DNA of 64,000 bases from Bacteroidetes bacterium 37-13 (GCA_001897535.1 MKTC01000031.1:14428-78427), one strand, 5' to 3'; shown: positions 11,065 through 19,371, counted from the stretch's first letter. The notes: generated by a model from the sequence alone, not told the origin. Made by a program: numbers and translations.

Positions 11065-11499
11065 TTATTTTTCGGCAAAACAATTTTTTATGCTCTCTTC
11101 AAAATCATACTTTAACTCATAAGAGCAAATTACTTTTTCATTACTAATATTTATAAATCTCGCTTTAGCAAAATTAAGTCCATATTTTGATAAACTATCT
11201 GATGGGAACGAGATGAATTTTGCAGATAACAATTGTTTTTTTAACTCTAAGGTGGCAGTAGTTTCATCATTGTATATTATCAATACATTCTTTTTATTGG
11301 TAAAATACTTTTTAATAAGTTCAATTGATTCTTGAGAACAAGCACCACAAAAGTTGGTAGGTAGAAATAGGAGTTTTTTATTGTTACAATCTATCTTCTT
11401 GTTGTGAAGTAGTTTTACTGAGTTAAGACTTCTACTGTCAATTTTAGTATTGCATGAAAACAAGAAGATGATGAATGAGAATATAAATTTAATTTTCAT
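11065..11499 (-). CDS. thioredoxin-fold-like lipoprotein with CGAC motif
   Basis: Lipobox (FLFSCN). KKLLFLPTNFCGACSQE resembles a thioredoxin beta1-CxxC-alpha1 arrangement. Overlaps the upstream gene by 11 nt. Confidence 0.5.
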   Translation of the reverse strand: MKIKFIFSFIIFLFSCNTKIDSRSLNSVKLLHNKKIDCNNKKLLFLPTNFCGACSQESIELIKKYFTNKKNVLIIYNDETTATLELKKQLLSAKFISFPSDSLSKYGLNFAKARFINISNEKVICSYELKYDFEESIKNCFAEK

Positions 11500-12583
11500 T
11501 GTAAATATAAAATGTCATTGTCTTTTTATCGCTATTATACTTTTTCCACATCAAACCATTTTTGTGGAATAAAGGCTTTTCAAACTTGAAATTAGCTGGT
11601 GGTTCAATAGTCTTTATAGTTTTAAAGGAGTCGTTTAGCACTAAAATAGAAGTTTTTCTATTCATAAGATTATTAAAAGTACCATCTTCATTTTCTAATT
11701 TATATTCATGAAAATAGGTTACATAATAGTTACTATTATATGGGTTTTTAGCAATATTAAAATAAAATGGCTGAGAGTTGTAGTGGTCATAAAGTAGTTG
11801 TGTACTTTTTCGCTTTGAATAATTAGCTGGCATAGTTGGAGATGTGGCAAATGGATTTTCAATGAAGAATGACTTTACTAACTTATTATCAAGTGAATAT
11901 TGGTAGATGGAGTCGACTGGGTTGAATAAATAAATCAGACTATTTCCAGAAAGTATTCTTGAGTATCTTTTTAGCATTCCAAAGTAATGTTTGCCAAAAG
12001 CATTGGGGTAAGTAATTTTTAAAATTTCTTCAATGTTCCCCGTGTCATTTATTGCTGCTTCAATAGGGTAATTCGTTAGCTGGAAAGGGTCTTTCATGGT
12101 TGTATCATTCAATACTTGCATAAAAATTCTATCGGACTTACTGTAGTAAATAAGAGGAGTTTCAAAGGTGTGCGACATAAGCACCACTGGTTCTTTCTCC
12201 CATTCGCATTTCCTTATTTGGTTCACAGTTTTTCCTATTGAGTCAATGTGGAAAACATTGCAAGAGTTTTCAATTAAATAGCTGTTGTTTTTAAATTTCG
12301 CAATAAACACAAGGCCTTCTTGTTCATTTATGTTCTTATCAAAATAAATATCTCTTAATTCATTGGTGCCGGTATTTAAAATAAATACTCGGTTGCTATT
12401 AGGAAGGCAAAGATATATATCCGAAGAATCTTGATAAACATAGTCAATGTTATAGTAATTAGTAGTATCCATGCTAATCTCTATAGAGTCAGATAACATG
12501 GGTGTGATTGTGGGAATGCTTTGTTTTTTTGTTTTCTCATTACAAGAAAAAATAAAAAAGATAAAAAGAATACAAACTCTCAT
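11489..12583 (-). CDS. lipoprotein of unknown function (DUF4221 / beta-propeller-like; assignment tentative)
   Basis: Lipobox MRVCILFIFFIFSCNEK. 364 aa, Asn/Tyr/Phe-rich and beta-rich. The family name is from memory of similar Bacteroidota lipoproteins. Confidence 0.55.
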   Translation of the reverse strand: MRVCILFIFFIFSCNEKTKKQSIPTITPMLSDSIEISMDTTNYYNIDYVYQDSSDIYLCLPNSNRVFILNTGTNELRDIYFDKNINEQEGLVFIAKFKNNSYLIENSCNVFHIDSIGKTVNQIRKCEWEKEPVVLMSHTFETPLIYYSKSDRIFMQVLNDTTMKDPFQLTNYPIEAAINDTGNIEEILKITYPNAFGKHYFGMLKRYSRILSGNSLIYLFNPVDSIYQYSLDNKLVKSFFIENPFATSPTMPANYSKRKSTQLLYDHYNSQPFYFNIAKNPYNSNYYVTYFHEYKLENEDGTFNNLMNRKTSILVLNDSFKTIKTIEPPANFKFEKPLFHKNGLMWKKYNSDKKTMTFYIYNEN

Positions 12584-12589
12584 GTTGTA

Positions 12590-12847
12590 TTAGTATTTAA
12601 AAGCTCCCTTTTCACAATAGCCTCTATCTTCTATATATTTAAATAAATCCCTATTGGTTATTCGTCCATAATTTATCCATTGCTCCCAAGATTCAATTTC
12701 AGGAAAGAAAACTCTTATTTCGTCTAACGTTAAGATACTACTTCCCTTACAACCAATTAAAATTCTGCAATCTTGACCTCTTGGAATACAGCGCAATCCT
12801 TTTTGAGGATAGGGACAAGGATACACATCTTTTGTGAAATCAGGCAA
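12590..12847 (-). CDS. small Cys-rich protein. It is probably the body of a lipoprotein gene split from its signal peptide (12757..13011) by a 1-nt frame change.
   Basis: The ORF (TTG-initiated in the track) has 6 Cys. An overlapping ORF in another frame encodes MLWKQIPLFLLVLLSLVSCNKDD, which has a lipobox. The body frame is open up to 12874. Confidence 0.4.
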   Translation of the reverse strand: MPDFTKDVYPCPYPQKGLRCIPRGQDCRILIGCKGSSILTLDEIRVFFPEIESWEQWINYGRITNRDLFKYIEDRGYCEKGAFKY

Positions 12848-13286
12848 GCGTGCCTGTTTATTACGTGCTTTTGGTTAGGCTCTTTAATTGGCTTGTCATC
12901 TTTATTACAACTTACCAAGGATAAAAGTACGAGTAGAAATAGGGGAATTTGTTTCCAAAGCATTCTGTTTAGGTTTTCCCCAATTTGCTGATTGTTTTTA
13001 CGGTATTGCATAGTGATATTTTTCGCATATATATATGTATATATAACCATTGGGTTATTTAAGATATATTAATAAGTGTACGGGTCTGATACAACACTAT
13101 GTACTCATTATAGTTTAGCTAAAGATCGTTTACAAATTAATCTAGTCAAACTGTTGTTTACTTTTCAAAATCTAAATTCATTTTACAACTCTTGCAAAAT
13201 ATTGAGGTAGATTTAAAAGTAGGAATTCAAATTAAGAAGGGAGATGTGAAAGCATATTGCTATAGATTTCTTTATTGACACTTAGA

Positions 13287-13450
13287 TTAAACCCCAGATT
13301 TTGCAGTAAACTCTTTGCTACGATGAAATACTACTTCATATCTGCTTCAACTGCTCAAAAACCATAGTTTATTATGCTTTTATTGCATTTTTACTAACTA
13401 TTTTGAATTATTTCATCTCGATTAAATTCCTACTGCAAAATCTGGGTTAA
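13287..13450. repeat. 164-bp MITE-like element bounded by terminal inverted repeats
   Basis: ttaaaccccagattttgcagta (13287-13308) versus tactgcaaaatctgggttaa (13431-13450). The perfect inverted core is 16 bp (cccagattttgcagta), and each arm abuts TTAA. Confidence 0.45.
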
Positions 13451-13522
13451 AGTATTTCAATTGCTTAATAATGAAAAAAGGTATAACCTTGCTTTCAATC
13501 AAAAATTTTAGATTTTTAAACC

Positions 13523-14176
13523 ATGCTTACAAAAGAACAAATAGCTCAGCGCATTGCTAAAGAATTGCGTGATGGATTTTATGTGAATCTTGGTATCGGC
13601 ATTCCAACTTTAGTTTCTAATTATATTCCAAAAGGCGTAAACGTAGTGCTGCAATCAGAAAATGGCTTATTGGGAATGGGGCCTTTCCCTTATGAAAATG
13701 AAGTTGATGCTGATTTAATAAATGCAGGAAAACAAACAATTACCACATTGCCGGGTACTGCATTTTTTGATTCTGCCATGAGCTTTGGTATGATACGTTC
13801 GCAAAGAGTAGATTTAACGGTGCTTGGCGCAATGGAAGTAGCACAAAATGGAGATATTGCCAGTTGGAAAATCCCCGGAAAATTAGTGAAAGGCATGGGT
13901 GGCGCGATGGATTTGGTGGCTTCTGCCAAAAATATAATTGTAGCCATGATGCAAACCAATCCAAAAGGTGCATCAAAATTACTTTCGGAATGTACACTTC
14001 CGCTCACCGGAAAAGGCTGCATACAAAGAGTAGTTACCGAACTCGGTTTTTATGAAATTAAAGATGGTGCTTTTCATTTAATTGAAATTGCTCCGGGAGT
14101 TACTGTTGATGAAGTTAAAAGTAAAACTGTAGGCAAACTGACTATCAGCGATTCATTAAAAGAAATGGTGCTGTAG
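13523..14176 (+). CDS. scoB: 3-oxoacid CoA-transferase subunit B
   Basis: 217 aa with the catalytic-Glu motif LQSENGLLGMGP and GMGGAMDLV. No subunit A gene is adjacent. Confidence 0.93.
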   Translation: MLTKEQIAQRIAKELRDGFYVNLGIGIPTLVSNYIPKGVNVVLQSENGLLGMGPFPYENEVDADLINAGKQTITTLPGTAFFDSAMSFGMIRSQRVDLTVLGAMEVAQNGDIASWKIPGKLVKGMGGAMDLVASAKNIIVAMMQTNPKGASKLLSECTLPLTGKGCIQRVVTELGFYEIKDGAFHLIEIAPGVTVDEVKSKTVGKLTISDSLKEMVL

Positions 14177-14207
14177 TCTTCCTAAAAATCTACGCATATT
14201 CCTAAGT
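14167..14207. repeat. direct repeat copy A (41 bp) flanking the R-M insertion
   Basis: ggtgctgtagtcttcctaaaaatctacgcatattcctaagt matches 16469-16509 at 40 of 41 positions. It contains the scoB stop codon and a duplicate of the 3' end of the 16484..17140 gene. Confidence 0.9.
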
Positions 14208-14250
14208 TATAGGAGATTTTAAAAAGATACAGTAACAAACAAAAAAGAAT

Positions 14251-14918
14251 ATGAATTACGAGAAAATCTCAGAAAAAATTGAACTTCAGATAGGAACACT
14301 TTTTGAAGAACTCAGGTCAGGAATTTCGGCAAGGGAAGACAGCCGAGCCTTTGGTGCGATGATTGAAAACGAATAACAGAAAATTGGGATAATGTCTGTT
14401 CCAACTTGGGTTATCAAGCCATTGACATACCGGGCAGAAGGACAATATTTGACTTCGCTTGTAATATTGAAAACAAACTATTTGGCTTTGATGTAAAAAC
14501 CAAAGACCTTGATTCAACAAGGTATTCTGATGGTGGTGTGTGTGCGGTTGGAAATCTACTCAAGTTTCTAGCTAATGACAAAGGGGTTTTTATGATTGTT
14601 GAATTTGGACATGACAAATCAACAACAAAAAACAGCAGTAGGGACATTGAATATATTCGGGTCGCACCTTTTCATTGTCTTCCAGAAAACACCTATCGAA
14701 TTGAGAACTTGGGGACAGGTCAAGTAAGGCTAAACTACACAATAAATCAAGTTTGGGATGAAATTGAATGGAATAGGTCTTACAGCGATTTTCTCGATAT
14801 TTTTTGCGATCTTGCGGTAACGCATTACAAGCGAGTAAAAGCAGATGCAGAAAAGCGAATTAAATCAATAGAGCAATTTAAAGATGGCGGATATCAAAAC
14901 TTTCGATTTGTCAGATAA
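14251..14918 (+). pseudogene. PD-(D/E)xK restriction endonuclease candidate, reading frame broken at an A4 run
   Basis: ATG 14251 gives MNYEKISEKIELQIGTLFEELRSGISAREDSRAFGAMIENE then a stop at 14374. The other frame is open from 14367 and continues KRITENWDNV...GRRTIFDFAC...FGFDVKTKD (D ... DxK). Overlaps the MTase gene by 35 nt. Confidence 0.55.
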
Positions 14919-16428
14919 GGACTTGAAAATTGGCGATGTCTTCACACCAATTAAATGGGGTGAATTTGCTATTGAAAAATTCGACTTATTTAGCAAATGG
15001 CTAAAGGGGGCTTCAATCTTTGACCCTACAATGGGAGAAGGAAACCTGCTCGAATCCTTAATTTCTTATGGTTTATCAAAGGGCTTTGCAATTGAAAATC
15101 TGCCAACCAACAATCTGTTTGGCAATGAATTAAATACTCATTACTTCAATAAAGCAATAAATAAGTTCAAGGAAAAGTATGATTTAGATATGTCCAAGAA
15201 CCTCACCAATGAAGATTTACTAAGGCTTAAACCTAAAAAATACGATATCATTTTTGGGAATCCCCCTTGGCAAAATTTTGTAGACTTGCCAGAAAGCTAC
15301 AAAGAACAAATTAAAAGCTACTTTTTTAAATTTGACTTAGTTGGGAATACCCAAAATCTTTTACTAGGTGGAAGTAGAATTGATATTGCAGCTCTTATCA
15401 TTCAAATATCAATTAAAGACTTTTTAATTCAGGATGGTGAAGCAATTATATTTATGCCGCTTTCATTGTTTCTAAATGATGGAGCGAATAGATATTTCAG
15501 AACATACAGCATCGGAGAAATTAAATACAGTGTGGATACTGTTTTTGATTTCAATGACGAAGATGTGTTTGGTGGTATTGCAACTCGATATGGTCTAAGT
15601 CATTTTATTAGAGACAAAAAACCAATTTTTCCAATACCATATTATCGAAATGAAGGCGGAACTTGGAATAATTACATTGCCAAACCAATGTTTCACGACA
15701 CCGACCCATTGAGCATAATGTCAAATGATGAAGGTGAAAATTTTGACAATATAAAGCCTGTACTAATAAAGAAAGAGTCAAGCCCAAGACAAGGAATTAA
15801 TACTTGCGGAGCTAATGACGTATATTTCTTTGATAAATTGACTGATGTGAATGAAGATTTGGTTAGTGTTTCTAATAAGATCAGAGACAAAGTCATTTTA
15901 CCAAAGAAATTTATTTTCCCTCTGATTACATCTAAAGAGTTTAAAGGTGAATTGTCAAATCCATCAAAGTGGGTTTTATTGCCATACAACGGAAACGGTA
16001 AACCTTTAGAATGGAAACAAATTCAACAATTCCCTGAACTTTGTTTTTACCTTGAATCAAACAAGAATATTTTACAAGGCAGAAAAGGCGTGATGCTTAA
16101 TGCTATGCTTAATCGTGGTCATTGGTGGGCTATGTTAGGAGTTGGTGAATACAATTTCTTTCCATACAAGGTAGTGTGGGAAGCATACGGCAAGACAACT
16201 TTTAATCCGACAATATTTGAAGGTTATTGGCAAGCAAACCAATCATTGCAGGCATTTATTCCATTGAAGTCATTAGCGGAAGCCGATAGAATTCAGAAGG
16301 ACTTATCCGACAAACAAATAGAGAACTATCTTCTTTCATTAAAAATGGAAGGAACAATGAATTGGGCTCAGCCAGGAAAAATTAAGAAAATAATAAAATA
16401 TGAAGAAGAATCCTTGACCTTATTCTAA
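14884..16428 (+). CDS. gamma-class N6-adenine DNA methyltransferase (TaqI/Eco57I-like family)
   Basis: Motif X VFTP, motif I FDPTMGEGNLL and motif IV IIFGNPPW in gamma order. A ~250-aa C-terminal target-recognition region follows. Confidence 0.9.
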   Translation: MADIKTFDLSDKDLKIGDVFTPIKWGEFAIEKFDLFSKWLKGASIFDPTMGEGNLLESLISYGLSKGFAIENLPTNNLFGNELNTHYFNKAINKFKEKYDLDMSKNLTNEDLLRLKPKKYDIIFGNPPWQNFVDLPESYKEQIKSYFFKFDLVGNTQNLLLGGSRIDIAALIIQISIKDFLIQDGEAIIFMPLSLFLNDGANRYFRTYSIGEIKYSVDTVFDFNDEDVFGGIATRYGLSHFIRDKKPIFPIPYYRNEGGTWNNYIAKPMFHDTDPLSIMSNDEGENFDNIKPVLIKKESSPRQGINTCGANDVYFFDKLTDVNEDLVSVSNKIRDKVILPKKFIFPLITSKEFKGELSNPSKWVLLPYNGNGKPLEWKQIQQFPELCFYLESNKNILQGRKGVMLNAMLNRGHWWAMLGVGEYNFFPYKVVWEAYGKTTFNPTIFEGYWQANQSLQAFIPLKSLAEADRIQKDLSDKQIENYLLSLKMEGTMNWAQPGKIKKIIKYEEESLTLF

Positions 16429-16468
16429 CAATAAAAATACCCTATAACAGGCGTTTGGCTTAATGGTG

Positions 16469-16509
16469 GGTGCTGTAGTCTTCCTAAAAATCTATGCATA
16501 TTCCTAAGT
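16469..16509. repeat. direct repeat copy B (41 bp) flanking the R-M insertion
   Basis: ggtgctgtagtcttcctaaaaatctatgcatattcctaagt. It contains a duplicate of the last scoB codons plus stop, and the true 3' end of the 16484..17140 gene. Confidence 0.9.
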
Positions 16510-17140
16510 GGTCGCTTAGTTCCTTATCAGTATTCCATAGGCTTGTTTTAACTTGCTTGTTTTCAATAAGGTTGCTGCTTAAAACAATATGTTCAACCGT
16601 GTCGAAAATTTGTTCTGTAGCATTAGTGAGTGCATAAGTTTTAAAAGTGTTGTTAAGCGTATTTCTTGCTAATGTACTTGGCCATGCTCTACCTGAAAAT
16701 GTAGTGTTGAAGTCGCCTAAAAAACAAATCTGTTTATTCGGAAAAAGGTTTTTAAAGTCAGAAATGTGCCCTTCTAAATCTTGATTAAAGCGGGGTTGCT
16801 TATTGCCGAAAACACCTATAATAGAGCCATAAACAGTAAGCTCTCCATAAGGCGTTTCTAAATCTACACAAACAGTTGTATTGCTATCAAAAGTTGTATG
16901 TTGTGCTATTACTTTGTAATGGGTTAAAATGCTAACTCTACATTCCCCGTTTTTGTACTTTATGCCATCAAAGTGGGCTGGCAAAATATTTGTTGAAAGG
17001 CAAGTATAATTCGCAAGTTGAATACTTAATTTAGTTTCGGTTAGCACACAGATATCGGCACTTACTTCTGCAAGTTTATCAAGTATTTGAGCATCTTTTC
17101 TTTTATCTAAACGCTGCAAATTCCATGTTGCAATTTTCAT
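16484..17140 (-). CDS. endonuclease/exonuclease/phosphatase (EEP) family protein
   Basis: KIATWNLQ at the N-terminus, VLTETK, and SDHLGI near the C-terminus are typical EEP motifs. Confidence 0.85.
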   Translation of the reverse strand: MKIATWNLQRLDKRKDAQILDKLAEVSADICVLTETKLSIQLANYTCLSTNILPAHFDGIKYKNGECRVSILTHYKVIAQHTTFDSNTTVCVDLETPYGELTVYGSIIGVFGNKQPRFNQDLEGHISDFKNLFPNKQICFLGDFNTTFSGRAWPSTLARNTLNNTFKTYALTNATEQIFDTVEHIVLSSNLIENKQVKTSLWNTDKELSDHLGICIDF

Positions 17141-17147
17141 TTAAAAC

Positions 17148-19316
17148 CTACTTTGGGTGATAAATATTTTCTGCGTGTTTATACCAATAATCTTTGCTTA
17201 GCGGCATTGGTTTGGTTTGGTTGTTGGTGTAAAGTTTCATTTGGTCTGTATAATGTTTAGAGCTTGGTTTGTTAGAAGCGCCATAAGGCGAAACGGTGTG
17301 AATTTCGGGCCCGTTTTTTGTGAACTTTACTAAGCAGATATAAGATTCTCCAATCCAAGCTCTGAACTTTCCATTTTTGTAAGGTTGCGGATATTTTGCA
17401 CACCATTGATCCGGTCCGCCACTCACCGGCATTTCTATTCCGCCTCTTTCGTGCACAAACAATTCGCCATACGGCACATTCAATTTGCCAAAATCTCTAA
17501 TCAACTCTTCTTTTGCTTTTGCAATATGCTTTGCATATAAATCGTGGCGGTATTTAGCATCTTCTAAGCATTTTTTTTCAATTTCGGGATTGCCGGTTTC
17601 TTCATATAAACCCCAAAGTGCTTTTAAAAAAAATGAAGCAACTGTATCTTTTGCATTGGTGGTTCTATCCCATTTTTTTATTTCAGAAATTAGGTTAGCA
17701 ATTTCGGGGTAATCACTTTCGCTCAACTCTAAAAAATCGCCTAAATTCAATTTTCTAAAAGGCATGGAAATGTCGTGTTCGGGGTATTTGATATCGTATT
17801 TTATTTTCAAAAAATCGTTCCAGTCTATTTTGTTGTAGTTTTTCACCATTTCATAAAAGCGCCTGCTACGATTGGTTTTGGTTAGTTTGTAACCCATATT
17901 TGGGTTGAAATTTTCGGGCTTTGGATTATCTTCTTTGCAAGTAACTTCAAACGCACTATTGTTAGTGTTGAAAATATAGCCACAACTTGGATTAAGCACT
18001 TGAGGTAAATCTTTTACAGGGTAAAATTTATTCCACAAAGTTTTTTCTGTGTTGCCCGGCACAGTAGTTTTCCAGTCGTAGCCTTCTGCTCTTTGTGGCA
18101 CAAGTCCGTTGCTAAGGCAATAAATGGTGTCAAACCTATCGGCATAAGCAAAAGTCATCATGGCAGCAGCCATTGTGTCTAAAGCACCACGCCATTCGGT
18201 AAAGTTTTTCGCTTTGTTCATGCGGAAATATTGTTCTATGGTTTTGCAGGTTTGCAATGCGCCTAAGCGAATGGCGAAAGTTCCTTGTTTGGTTACCATT
18301 GTGGGGCCATAAATACTATACCAAGTTTTTTTCCAAACAGGAAGAATAAATTTACCCTTTTTGCTCAAGTTTACTTCTAATTTTGCTTTGCCGGTTTCTA
18401 ATTTCAGTGCCTTGCCATCTACCATGTAATAATTCTTTTTCTTTGGGTGCATTTCAAGCTGAAACACATCTACCAATTGCACCTCGTTTACGGTGTGTGC
18501 CCAGCCTAAATTTTCATTCACGCCATGAAAAATGGTAACGCCTCCGTGAAAAGTTCCGCCCACAATATTCAAACCTTCCTCGCTGCATAAATGAGCTTCG
18601 TACCAACTTAAAGGACCTTCTAAAGGTTGGTGGGAATTGATGTCGAGATAGGTATTTCCATCTTTAGTAAACTTTGAATTGGCAGCGAAAGTATTGGAGC
18701 CTTTTCCTGCTTGTTTCATATCTACTACTGGTTGTTTGCCATCTGCAATTCTGCGTAGCGGGCCATCTATACCGCTAAGCAAAGCATACGAAAGCATATA
18801 GCTGGCAACTACATCTTTTCCGGTAGCGGGAAACGCTTTTTTTACAATTACCTCTTCGGGGTGGAGTGTTGCATATTTGTTTACTGAAAGTACCATTGCT
18901 TCAATGTATTCGCGCACTTCGGGTGAAATATCGTTGTAGTGGGTATCAACAAAATCTTTTACGCGCATTAGTTGAACGGCATAATCAATTATAGCACCAT
19001 CTTTCCCTTTCCAACGGGCCATTAAATGTTTTCCTGCAAGCAAACTCCATTGCAGTGTTTCAAAATCATCTTCGCAGGTTGCCCAACCTAAACCATAAGC
19101 AACATCGGCATCAGTTTTACCAAAAATATGTGGTACCCCGAAACTATCGCGCACAATTTCCACATTGGCTGCATAATCGCGCTGTGCTTTAGTTTGTAAC
19201 GAAAAAAGAAGTAGAATTAAAAGAAAAGGATAGCTGTATTTCATACTTAAAAATGGAAGGAAACGAATATAGTATTTCAAAGTATTAAAGTGTGTGGGCA
19301 GTAAACATTTTTTCAT
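17148..19316 (-). CDS. penicillin/AHL acylase family (S45 Ntn-hydrolase) protein
   Basis: Signal peptide, then the alpha/beta junction GKGSNTFAANSKFTKDGN with the Ser nucleophile. Length is typical of the family. Confidence 0.88.
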   Translation of the reverse strand: MKKCLLPTHFNTLKYYIRFLPFLSMKYSYPFLLILLLFSLQTKAQRDYAANVEIVRDSFGVPHIFGKTDADVAYGLGWATCEDDFETLQWSLLAGKHLMARWKGKDGAIIDYAVQLMRVKDFVDTHYNDISPEVREYIEAMVLSVNKYATLHPEEVIVKKAFPATGKDVVASYMLSYALLSGIDGPLRRIADGKQPVVDMKQAGKGSNTFAANSKFTKDGNTYLDINSHQPLEGPLSWYEAHLCSEEGLNIVGGTFHGGVTIFHGVNENLGWAHTVNEVQLVDVFQLEMHPKKKNYYMVDGKALKLETGKAKLEVNLSKKGKFILPVWKKTWYSIYGPTMVTKQGTFAIRLGALQTCKTIEQYFRMNKAKNFTEWRGALDTMAAAMMTFAYADRFDTIYCLSNGLVPQRAEGYDWKTTVPGNTEKTLWNKFYPVKDLPQVLNPSCGYIFNTNNSAFEVTCKEDNPKPENFNPNMGYKLTKTNRSRRFYEMVKNYNKIDWNDFLKIKYDIKYPEHDISMPFRKLNLGDFLELSESDYPEIANLISEIKKWDRTTNAKDTVASFFLKALWGLYEETGNPEIEKKCLEDAKYRHDLYAKHIAKAKEELIRDFGKLNVPYGELFVHERGGIEMPVSGGPDQWCAKYPQPYKNGKFRAWIGESYICLVKFTKNGPEIHTVSPYGASNKPSSKHYTDQMKLYTNNQTKPMPLSKDYWYKHAENIYHPK

Positions 19317-19348
19317 AAAATAAAAAAGCGCAGTTGGTTTACTGCGCT
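19315..19348 (-). terminator. intrinsic terminator after the 19372..20322 gene
   Basis: 8-bp perfect stem agcgcagt/actgcgct (19327-19334 / 19341-19348), followed on the minus strand by TTTTTTATTTTA. Confidence 0.75.
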
Positions 19349-19371
19349 TTCTATATTGAAAATAAATTGAT

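Noticed and set aside
11056-17147. Looked for integrase, transposase, tRNA attachment site or phage genes that would define the whole 11-17 kb variable stretch as one genomic island
   Set aside because: None is present. The stretch is better described as separate events (lipoprotein operon, MITE-like element, R-M insertion) around a retained scoB gene.
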